Source: Cytophagales bacterium
GTDB lineage: Bacteria > Bacteroidota > Bacteroidia > Cytophagales > Cyclobacteriaceae
Direction: 5' to 3'
Assembly: GCA_027317105.1 (NCBI GenBank)
Contig: DAHVFH010000039.1
Location: 7,891-71,890, forward strand
Length of the DNA stretch: 64,000 nucleotides
Position 1 is the first letter of the stretch. Each line of letters begins with the position of its first letter. Under the pieces are notes generated by a model. The model made no database searches. It was not told the DNA's origin and saw only the letters and a program-made list of their open reading frames with translations. Of the stretch, positions 37,099 through 44,721 are shown one piece after another. Position numbers and translations under genes: made by a program.

Positions 37099-38439
37099 TT
37101 ATCTCACCTTAAACCAAAAAGCGGTACGGAGTCCGATCAATTGCATTGACTTTTGATCAAACCCTTGACCAAGACCGTGCTCATAAAAAAGAGCAGCTTC
37201 CCATATCCCTTTATTTTTATTTCGTTTGATTGTTAAACCCGCTGAGGTACTTAACGTACTTCCAAAAAACCGAAACTCACGGTAGTTATTAAATGTTGTG
37301 GTCCGGTCGGTTTCAGAAGTTCCATAAACGTCTGGGCGAACATAATTGTACTGCGATTGTTTTGATAAAAGTATGTACGGTGTGTAGCCCGCCCGTAACA
37401 CAAACTGCCTTTTCTCCGAAATCCATCTTCGGTATTTTATATTTAAAGGAATGGAAATAAGCCGACTAGTAAGCGTTGCTGTTTCGCAGCTACCTAGCTG
37501 GGGGTTGTATTGTACGTAAGGAGGGATATCATTGTGATTTAACAGATTTTGGGTTGTGGTATAATCTATCCCTGACTCAAAACTTATTCGAGGAGTAATT
37601 AACCAGTCTGCGGTAAGCCCAACACGTGGGGTAATACCCCCATCACCGCGAGCAAAAATTCCCTTTACTAAATCAAGGTGTGGCGCAATCTGGATTCCAA
37701 GTTTATTAAAGTAATGTTTTTCCAATGCGTTTTTTGCTGCTAAGGAGGATTTACCTTGTGGGATAATCTTTATGGTTTTTCTTGGTTGGGCTTTTTCGGT
37801 GTTCATCGTAAAGAGCTTCATGGTCGGTGGCAGTGGTGTGGGTACCATCAGATCAGTCGGAGAAACGTGTATAGCAAATTGGACAGGCCGAGTACTTTTC
37901 TTATGCAACAATAAAAATAGTTCACCATGATCTTCGGTGAGAAGCCCCTCATCTTTAAGTCGCTCGTATACGGGCTGTGGAATATTTTTCTTTCCACCCA
38001 CATCCAATTTATAAACTAAATCAAGTGCGGAAAGACCGTTGGATTCATTTTCTTGTACTAAATGAAATTGAAATTTGGGTGACGTTAATGAAACCGGCAA
38101 CGGCCTAATTTCTTTTTGCTGAGTCAATTCCTTTTGCAGGTGCTCAATAATCAAATTCAGTGAATCCATCGTATTGGCATAAGAAATCACTGGTTCAAGC
38201 AATGCGACTGGATTGTTTTGTTCAACAGAGTTGTGAATAAAGAAATAAGTATTGATAGCGGTAAGAAGAAATAACGAAGCAATGAAAACGTTTCTTACTC
38301 CGTTTCGGCCATGCCAGGGGGTAGGTTGAAAACTACCTAGCCGTTCATGAAGACCTTCCAGGGCAGAGGCGTCAAAAGTCGGATCTTCATAGTTCTTTAA
38401 CTTGCCTTTCAGCAAATCATCGAATTTATTGTCATCCAT
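37099..38439 (-). CDS. Membrane protein with anti-sigma-like N-terminus, one TM helix and a C-terminal beta-barrel-like domain
   Basis: Overlaps the ECF sigma stop by 8 nt. TM helix NVFIASLFLLTAINTYFFI. The C-terminal ~200 aa has an alternating beta-strand pattern ending ...LIGLRTAFWFKVR. Confidence 0.55.
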   Translation of the reverse strand: MDDNKFDDLLKGKLKNYEDPTFDASALEGLHERLGSFQPTPWHGRNGVRNVFIASLFLLTAINTYFFIHNSVEQNNPVALLEPVISYANTMDSLNLIIEHLQKELTQQKEIRPLPVSLTSPKFQFHLVQENESNGLSALDLVYKLDVGGKKNIPQPVYERLKDEGLLTEDHGELFLLLHKKSTRPVQFAIHVSPTDLMVPTPLPPTMKLFTMNTEKAQPRKTIKIIPQGKSSLAAKNALEKHYFNKLGIQIAPHLDLVKGIFARGDGGITPRVGLTADWLITPRISFESGIDYTTTQNLLNHNDIPPYVQYNPQLGSCETATLTSRLISIPLNIKYRRWISEKRQFVLRAGYTPYILLSKQSQYNYVRPDVYGTSETDRTTTFNNYREFRFFGSTLSTSAGLTIKRNKNKGIWEAALFYEHGLGQGFDQKSMQLIGLRTAFWFKVR

Positions 38440-38923
38440 TTTGTTCGGATTTTTCGTTTGCTTCCATATTCAAATACTTCTTCAATTTTATCCGTGCCAT
38501 GTTTAGGTTCGATTTGCTTGTGCCCTCATTAATGTTCAACTTCTGCGCAATTTCAGAGTGTTTAAAACCTTCAATGACAAAGAGGTTGAAAACCGAGCGA
38601 TAGGAAGGTGGCAATTCCTGAATGGCATTGATAATCACTTCTTCACCCAGATTACTGAACACTTCAGGTAGAAGTCGTTCGTTTTTCATATAAGAAATGT
38701 CTACTTGATGGTAATGTTTTTCGTTTCTACGATAATGATCGATTGAGGCATTGACCATGATCGTCCGCAGCCAGCCTTTAAAAGAAAGCCCGGTAGAGTA
38801 CTTTTCCAGGTTAGTCAATATTTTAAAAAAGCCATCGTTCACAATGTCGGTTGCCTCCTCGCGAGATCGGGCATAACGTAAACAAATCCCCATAGCAAAA
38901 CCGTAAAACTGCTTATAAAGCAT
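38432..38923 (-). CDS. ECF-type RNA polymerase sigma-70 factor (annotated from the first ATG; homology extends upstream to 39001)
   Basis: Region 2 (DIVNDGFFKI...GWLRTIMVNASIDHYRR) and region 4 (ELPPSYRSVFNLFVIEGFKHSEIAQKLNINEGTSKSNL). The frame stays open 26 codons upstream (IIETIADKELQKLIQACRKGDRKSQD) with no ATG/GTG/TTG. Confidence 0.8.
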   Translation of the reverse strand: MLYKQFYGFAMGICLRYARSREEATDIVNDGFFKILTNLEKYSTGLSFKGWLRTIMVNASIDHYRRNEKHYHQVDISYMKNERLLPEVFSNLGEEVIINAIQELPPSYRSVFNLFVIEGFKHSEIAQKLNINEGTSKSNLNMARIKLKKYLNMEANEKSEQNG

Positions 38924-39150
38924 GTCTTGACTCTTCCGGTCACCTTTCCGGCAAGCTTGAATGAGCTTCTGAAGTTCTTTGTCCGCTATCGTTTCAATAA
39001 TCTACAAAATAAGGTATGTTGTGTACTTTTCATTCACGTGATCTTCTGCGGAAGGGTTGGTAGCCTAAATACTTTTATGTTGAAAACCAACCATTTTGAA
39101 AAGCATTGCGTAATTTATGAAAATGATGGATTCTGCCTGATACAATTTAC

Positions 39151-39519
39151 ATGGTGAGAAATTTAAAAAAAAAGGTATTCGTCATTTGTAGTAGTCTCAT
39201 TCTTTTGAATTTTGCTGGTTGCCGGCACAATCCGGATATTCCCGTTTCTCCTATTTTCACCTTCGATAAAGACGTTAGGACAATCACCCTTAATAACTGC
39301 GCCACCGTAGGATGCCATGACGGCTCCAGCAGACGAAGGCCTTTAATCACCTATGCAGAAGTATTGCATTATGTAACCCCCGGAAAGCCTTACAGCAGCG
39401 GTTTATTTACGACAATCATCAAACTAGGCGAAGGCAAAATGCCCCCGCGAGGCCTTCTAGCCGATGAGCAGATCAAGTCGGTTTATATTTGGATTTTGCA
39501 GGGTGCGAAAGAGAATTGA
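39151..39519 (+). CDS. Small lipoprotein with a PSCyt1-like domain carrying a CX4CH motif
   Basis: Lipobox LNFAGC. NNCATVGCHDG...GKMPPRGLLADEQIKSVYIWILQGA. Confidence 0.55.
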   Translation: MVRNLKKKVFVICSSLILLNFAGCRHNPDIPVSPIFTFDKDVRTITLNNCATVGCHDGSSRRRPLITYAEVLHYVTPGKPYSSGLFTTIIKLGEGKMPPRGLLADEQIKSVYIWILQGAKEN

Positions 39520-39520
39520 G

Positions 39521-39895
39521 ATGAAAAACAAAATCGTCCTTCTCATAGTTTTTACATTCTTGTTAGCCAGTGGCTGTTACTATGATTCGTTTGAAGCGCT
39601 TCACCCTTTAGATGGCTACATCAATCCTTGTGACACTACGTTGCAGTCCACGTACACCTCTTCCATTCAACTCATCATTACCTATAACTGCATCTCCTGC
39701 CACAATGCAACTTATGCGGGCGGAAATGTTAATCTTACCACTTATGATCAGGTAAAACTGTATTCCAGCAATGGAAAGATCCCGAATTCTATTTTAAGAA
39801 ATTCAGGATACAACCCAATGCCACCAACCCAGGCGCTTGCGGCTTGCCAAACTCAACGAATTCAACAATGGATCACCAACAACTACCCGCAATGA
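39521..39895 (+). CDS. Small lipoprotein with a PSCyt1-like CxxCH domain
   Basis: The start was moved to MKNKIVLLIVF (39521). Lipobox LLASGC. YNCISCHN...NPMPPTQALAACQTQRIQQWITNN. Confidence 0.55.
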   Translation: MKNKIVLLIVFTFLLASGCYYDSFEALHPLDGYINPCDTTLQSTYTSSIQLIITYNCISCHNATYAGGNVNLTTYDQVKLYSSNGKIPNSILRNSGYNPMPPTQALAACQTQRIQQWITNNYPQ

Positions 39896-40776
39896 AAAAA
39901 AACCTATTCTTAATTTTTTTTCTTTCTTCCTCATTCAACCTCATCGCACAGAGTTTACTTGACGAGGTGGAAAAGAAATCGCCATCACCAAAAGATCATA
40001 CCATCGCCACCTTTAAAGGAACACGGTTGGTGAACTTTCACACCGTAGAAACCCTTCGAAAAGGATCTTTGGAAGTAAGGATAGCCCATCGTTTTGGTGC
40101 CTTCTCTGGTGGCGCCACCACCTTCTGGGGATTGGACGGCCCAGCCACTATCCAATTGCGAATTGATTATGCTATCACTGATCGACTGATGGTTGGACTG
40201 GGTCGCGCCTCCGATCATAAGATGGTGGATAGTTTTGTGAAATATCGAATTCTTCGACAAACCACGAACGGGTCGATGCCAATTTCGGTTACTGGACTCG
40301 CGAGTGTAAATGTAGACTCAGAACCGAACAGTTTATTAGGGGTGGACTATTATCAATATTTCAGTAGTCGATTAGTGTACATGGCCTCAACGATGATTGC
40401 ACGAAAATTCAATTCCAAATTTAGCTTGCAGATTAGTCCTGTGTATATTCATTACAACCAGGTGCAAAACCTTACCGATAAAAATGATATGTTTAGCCTG
40501 GTGGGGTCGGGGAGGTATAAATTTACAAAGCGGACAGCATTAACGTTTGAATATATGCAGCGGGTTACTACTTATTCTGCAAACATGTCGCAATATCATA
40601 ATGTGTTGAGTATTGGTTTTGATATTGAAACCGGAGGTCACGTATTCCAGGTCTTTGTGACCAACGGCTATTCGATCAATGAGGTTCGAACCATTCCCTA
40701 TACTACATCAGGATTTTCTAAGGGTATGATGTTGGGCTTCAATCTTTCACGGGTTTTTTCAACGCGTAAAAAATGA
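39892..40776 (+). CDS. Secreted beta-barrel-like protein (resembles the DUF5777-type family; assignment from memory)
   Basis: The start MKKNLFLIFF (39892) overlaps the previous stop (ATGA). Signal peptide. GTRLVNFHTVETLRKGSLEVRIAHRFG and the C-terminal strand GFNLSRVF. Confidence 0.5.
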   Translation: MKKNLFLIFFLSSSFNLIAQSLLDEVEKKSPSPKDHTIATFKGTRLVNFHTVETLRKGSLEVRIAHRFGAFSGGATTFWGLDGPATIQLRIDYAITDRLMVGLGRASDHKMVDSFVKYRILRQTTNGSMPISVTGLASVNVDSEPNSLLGVDYYQYFSSRLVYMASTMIARKFNSKFSLQISPVYIHYNQVQNLTDKNDMFSLVGSGRYKFTKRTALTFEYMQRVTTYSANMSQYHNVLSIGFDIETGGHVFQVFVTNGYSINEVRTIPYTTSGFSKGMMLGFNLSRVFSTRKK

Positions 40777-40894
40777 CCATGGATGATGCCACCAAATGCC
40801 TCCTAATGACGTTGAAAATGACCTATTTGATTGGTATTGTTATGTTAGATTCTCTTACAATGCTAATGTTTAGCAGTTATTATAAATATTTTTT

Positions 40895-41401
40895 ATGAAG
40901 TGCCTGAAGCTCTTCGTGATGGGTATTTTTTTGGTTACGGTTGTTCCCGTTTTTTCACAGATTTCCGTTGGTTCAAACCTGGCCTTCCCGAGCGGCCATT
41001 GGTCAGATTGGGGAGATGAAGGCTTTGGTGTTTCTGCCAGTTATGAAGGAGCTGTTCACTCCAAATTAAATTGGTCATTATCAGTAGGCACATTGGTTTT
41101 TATTGGGAGGAACTATGACTTTGGCGTTACCAACGCAAAATATTATAACCAAATTGTTGTTCCAATTACCGGTGGCCTAAAATATTATTTTCTTAAAGAA
41201 AGTAGCGGGTTTTACGGTGCGGCTGATTTGGGATTATTTTTTGGCAATAACAATCAGGGGATGAAAATTGGTTTTTCTCCTGGGGTTGGATACCGGTTAA
41301 AGAAATTCGATTTTAGCCTTCGCGCTAATTTAATTTCTAATTTAAGTTATTGGGGAATTAGGGCAGCTTATACTTTTCCGTCAAAGTTGAATGGAAAATG
41401 A
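40895..41401 (+). CDS. Small outer-membrane beta-barrel protein (about 8 strands)
   Basis: Signal peptide VVPVFSQ, alternating aromatic strands, C-terminal IRAAYTF. Confidence 0.5.
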   Translation: MKCLKLFVMGIFLVTVVPVFSQISVGSNLAFPSGHWSDWGDEGFGVSASYEGAVHSKLNWSLSVGTLVFIGRNYDFGVTNAKYYNQIVVPITGGLKYYFLKESSGFYGAADLGLFFGNNNQGMKIGFSPGVGYRLKKFDFSLRANLISNLSYWGIRAAYTFPSKLNGK

Positions 41402-41448
41402 CTTCTCTTAAAATTGTTTTGGTTAAAATTATTTGTTTGGTAAAAGAA

Positions 41449-41859
41449 TCAACCTGATATCGTAAGTGTTGTACCGCTTAATGTTACTTTATACTGTGCT
41501 AATGCCGAAGGGGGTGGCCCACTTACTACTTGCCCTGTGCTGTTGTAAACCCCACCGTGACAAGGGCAGGTGAATTGCTTGGAAGAACCACTATAGTTTA
41601 CTGTGCATCCGGCATGGGTGCAAATCGAAGACAAAGCAATGTAGGTTGATTTAGCTGTGCATATAATGTATATTCCTTGATCCAGAATAAAGCCTCCAAT
41701 GGTATTTAAAGCTTTATTAGCGGAGGCCGTAAGGTCAACAGTAAAATTGGCCGTTGGTTTAGGGCTTACCCCATTTTGCGCGCAGCTTTGCAATAGTTCC
41801 AACAGAACACCTATTCCGAGTACTCCACTCGTGTTGGCTATGAATTCCCTTCGTTGCAT
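41449..41859 (-). CDS. Rieske [2Fe-2S] domain protein with Tat-type signal
   Basis: MQRREFIANTSGVLGIGVL, CTHAGC...CPCHGG. Confidence 0.85.
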   Translation of the reverse strand: MQRREFIANTSGVLGIGVLLELLQSCAQNGVSPKPTANFTVDLTASANKALNTIGGFILDQGIYIICTAKSTYIALSSICTHAGCTVNYSGSSKQFTCPCHGGVYNSTGQVVSGPPPSALAQYKVTLSGTTLTISG

Positions 41860-41946
41860 ATGTATTTTGTTATTTGGATTTTCCTTTCCCTTTATTCACG
41901 AAGAAATGTTGTAAAGGGTTGGTCAAATTAAACCCTAAAAAAAAAG

Positions 41947-41980
41947 GCAGGTTGATAACCTACCTTTTTTGAGATGTTGA
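41947..41980 (-). terminator. Rho-independent terminator after the cytochrome c-porin-cytochrome c operon
   Basis: AAAAAAAAA-GGCAGGTT-GAT-AACCTACC-TTTTTT forms an 8-bp stem with one mismatch, flanked by A and T runs. It starts 7 nt after the stop of the 93-aa cytochrome gene. Confidence 0.6.
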
Positions 41981-41986
41981 TGGATA

Positions 41987-42268
41987 TTATCGCGCAGCCT
42001 GGAGAAATTCTACAATTTTATTGCGTTCCGATTCTGTGATTAAGGCTCGTGTTTGCATGTGCATGCCAATCGTTTCCCATTGATCTCCTGAGAAAGAGCC
42101 CGGGGCAGGAGTATTATGACAGTGTTGGCAATTTTCTGCCCACAACTGGGCACCTGATTTGGAAGCTACCTTTTGACTGGCTACGCAACTTGCAATCGTG
42201 AAGGCAGTGACAACAGCAAATCCTATGGTTGAGATGAATCCGATTTTATTTATCAGTAGTTTTTTCAT
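41987..42268 (-). CDS. Small monohaem c-type cytochrome lipoprotein
   Basis: Lipobox-like TIASC. CQHCHN with a downstream HMQTRA Met region. 93 aa. Confidence 0.65.
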   Translation of the reverse strand: MKKLLINKIGFISTIGFAVVTAFTIASCVASQKVASKSGAQLWAENCQHCHNTPAPGSFSGDQWETIGMHMQTRALITESERNKIVEFLQAAR

Positions 42269-42282
42269 GGCAATTTTGTTGA

Positions 42283-43542
42283 TTACAATTGAATGGAAAA
42301 TTGAATATGGAATGCCTGTGTTTTGGTATTCGGTACTGGTGATGTGAATAAGCTTTGATCAACCGTACTCTTCGAGTTAAGAACCTCGTAAGTGACGCGT
42401 ACTACGGTTCGCCAATTGATCCAGTAGTTAAGGCCATAATCCGTTTGCGTGGTATTGGCACCCCAGACGGAGTTTTTAGGTGTATTATATTGACCATACC
42501 GAAACGCCAACTCTAAATTTTTTATAAAATCTATTTGTGACTCTGTTGGTCGAATGGAAAGTTGTCCATATCCGGAAGTAGAACTGTTGTTGAAGGTGTA
42601 TGATTTTGTTGCATCTAACGGATTAACATAAGTCGCTGTTCCCACGTCTACGACATTATACTGACTTTTTACATTAATAAGCACAGGGCTCAAATTCTTT
42701 ACATAGTTAAGGTCAAACGCATACAGATTGGCCCGAACGTCTGCATAAGTCATATTACCATTTGATACTCCTCCTGTCATTCCGGAAACACCTATTTCAA
42801 GTGAATTATTTGAAAAGGGTAATAGCCCTAACCGACCAACAAATGTTTTGTTACGCGCAGCAGCACCTAAGTTGACATTTGTTAATGTTCCGTTATTCAC
42901 AGTGGGGTCGATTGTTAACCCGTTTGTAACAGCAAGGTCATAGTTCCATTTCATGGATCCTAACGGCAGACCACCGGATACGCCAAATCCATAATCTTGG
43001 GCTGTTGGTAAACCAATAGGGTCTGTAGCAACCTTGTTAATCCATGCCGCTGCCAATTTTTTTGTGTACATACCAAAAGGTACAACGAAATAACCACCCC
43101 TAAAAATTAGGTTTGGTTTTGCGAAATAGGATATGGCGGCCCAGTTAACGCCAACACCGTCATTATTGAAGGATGGCTCAAATTCCAATAACACTTTTTT
43201 TCCTTGTCTCCATAAAAGCATTGGGCTAAATTCATACGAATCGGTGCCAAATGCACTTGCCTTTAGCGGGGCAGACCCATCGTTGGATGTTGTCTTTCCG
43301 CTTGCATAGCCAAAAGTTGTTAATCCAACTACTACAAAATGATCCAGCCCTGGTTTATGCAAGGCCGCGTGTTTCTCCAACATTGCAATTCTTGCATCAG
43401 TGACTGAATCTTTTTTTGCTTGTTCTTCCCTGGTTAGCATTTGTTGCGCATCAGCTAGATTAAATACCAAGCACCAAGTGGCTACCGTCAGAATCCCAAC
43501 CGTAGATACTCTTTTTCGTTTATTCCAAATATAATTTTCCAT
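42283..43542 (-). CDS. Outer-membrane porin (OprO/P-like architecture)
   Basis: Signal peptide, N-terminal coiled segment (LTREEQAKKDSVTDARIAMLEKH), then about 16 amphipathic strands, ending FHIQFSIQL. Confidence 0.6.
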   Translation of the reverse strand: MENYIWNKRKRVSTVGILTVATWCLVFNLADAQQMLTREEQAKKDSVTDARIAMLEKHAALHKPGLDHFVVVGLTTFGYASGKTTSNDGSAPLKASAFGTDSYEFSPMLLWRQGKKVLLEFEPSFNNDGVGVNWAAISYFAKPNLIFRGGYFVVPFGMYTKKLAAAWINKVATDPIGLPTAQDYGFGVSGGLPLGSMKWNYDLAVTNGLTIDPTVNNGTLTNVNLGAAARNKTFVGRLGLLPFSNNSLEIGVSGMTGGVSNGNMTYADVRANLYAFDLNYVKNLSPVLINVKSQYNVVDVGTATYVNPLDATKSYTFNNSSTSGYGQLSIRPTESQIDFIKNLELAFRYGQYNTPKNSVWGANTTQTDYGLNYWINWRTVVRVTYEVLNSKSTVDQSLFTSPVPNTKTQAFHIQFSIQL

Positions 43543-43557
43543 AGCTGATTGTGTTTT

Positions 43558-43980
43558 TTATTTTTTCGAAGACGCTTCAAGTTTGCGAATGTAGTTGACC
43601 AGCTGCCACCGTTGGGTTTCGGTTAGCATTCCTTTATAGGAAGCCATTGGTGGATTGCCTTCAGTGAGTTTCCAAAAAACTGCACCATCACTTTCTTCAC
43701 GCACGGAGATGGCCAAAAAATTTGCTGGCCTTGGCTCAAGACTTACCCCTGCCGCCCCATTTCCTTTACCTTTTTCCCCATGGCAAATGAAACACATGGA
43801 CTCATAGATTTTCTTTCCGGCAGCTACGGCCGCCTGATCGTTCTTAAATGGATTTGTAAGCTTGTCGGCAGAAGCAGGAGCCTTCCATGTCGACTTTTGT
43901 GCTATAACATTTATCGATACGAATAGCAGAACAACAAGCATGACTGATAATTTTAAAAATGTGAAGATTGATAGGTTCAT
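43558..43980 (-). CDS. Class I c-type cytochrome
   Basis: Signal peptide, CFICHGEKGKGNG, distal Met in NPPMASYKGMLT. 140 aa. Confidence 0.8.
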   Translation of the reverse strand: MNLSIFTFLKLSVMLVVLLFVSINVIAQKSTWKAPASADKLTNPFKNDQAAVAAGKKIYESMCFICHGEKGKGNGAAGVSLEPRPANFLAISVREESDGAVFWKLTEGNPPMASYKGMLTETQRWQLVNYIRKLEASSKK

Positions 43981-44087
43981 AGTGTTTAATTTTTGCTGTT
44001 AGTGATTTGAATTAGTTCTCCTTAGTGAATTATGGGACAATACTACAATTTGGGGTATGCCTAATTGATGATAGGCGTCAAAGGGGG

Positions 44088-44105
44088 ACATGATTTACAT
44101 CATGT
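44088..44105. promoter_or_regulatory. FNR-like palindrome upstream of the cytochrome c-porin operon
   Basis: ACATGAT-TTAC-ATCATGT is a perfect 18-nt palindrome followed by T6, 108-125 nt upstream of the cytochrome c ATG. Confidence 0.5.
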
Positions 44106-44108
44106 TTT

Positions 44109-44402
44109 TTGGAAATGTCTATCCAAATCTCAAATGGCTGGTATTTTTTTGAACTAGCAAAGAACGGTGAAGGCTATTTTGCCGGTGAGGTTAAGGATGG
44201 CAGCGTCATGTTGTTGGTCGAAGTGTTATTTTTGTTTACCGTCTCCATCGACACCATCCATCCGCTTAGCATTTTACTTTCCGAAAAGATTGAAGCCTGT
44301 CTCCCAATCTTAAAAGAAAAGGTAGTGAACCTCGCCAATGAATTGATGAAAGTGCCGGAAGAAAATGCTGAAGTAACGGTAGCTTCAGTGCTGCTAAGTT
44401 AA
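44109..44402 (+). CDS. Hypothetical ORF (weak)
   Basis: 97-aa ORF with a TTG start and no recognisable motif, lying in a ~600-bp region without convincing coding signal. Confidence 0.2.
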   Translation: MEMSIQISNGWYFFELAKNGEGYFAGEVKDGSVMLLVEVLFLFTVSIDTIHPLSILLSEKIEACLPILKEKVVNLANELMKVPEENAEVTVASVLLS

Positions 44403-44721
44403 GACCGTATCTGAACCACAAATACCAGATCTATCCCACTTTTGTTAAGCTTGACAATCTTTGTATGTGACTGTCAAGGGTCAATTATCTTTTACCTTAG
44501 TTAAAACGGTAACTTTAGCCATTGGCAGGAATACTGATGCAGGACTATGACCCTAATGAGCCAGGCCTGGCTATACGCCTGATCGGTATCAAGGTGAAGA
44601 AAATGGATTTTGATGAAGTGTTTGAAATACACAACCGCTCGATGGTTTGATTAAAGAGTTGTTGCAGAACTCCTAACAGATTTCTACTTTGTGGGTTGAA
44701 TTAAATCAAAGCAATCCCACT

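Noticed and set aside
41987-43980. Cytochrome-porin-cytochrome operon as a Geobacter/Shewanella-style porin-cytochrome extracellular electron conduit.
   Set aside because: Those conduits use multi-haem (8-12 haem) cytochromes. Here each cytochrome has a single CxxCH and is only 93 or 140 aa, too small to span a barrel lumen.
44106-44721. A ~600-bp stretch with only a weak 97-aa TTG-start ORF and a 37-aa fragment (MQDYDPNEPGLAIRLIGIKVKKMDFDEVFEIHNRSMV), considered as a gene remnant or mobile-element scar.
   Set aside because: No recognisable domain, terminal inverted repeats, direct repeats or integrase/transposase motifs were found. I cannot support more than 'unassigned, possibly degenerate DNA'.
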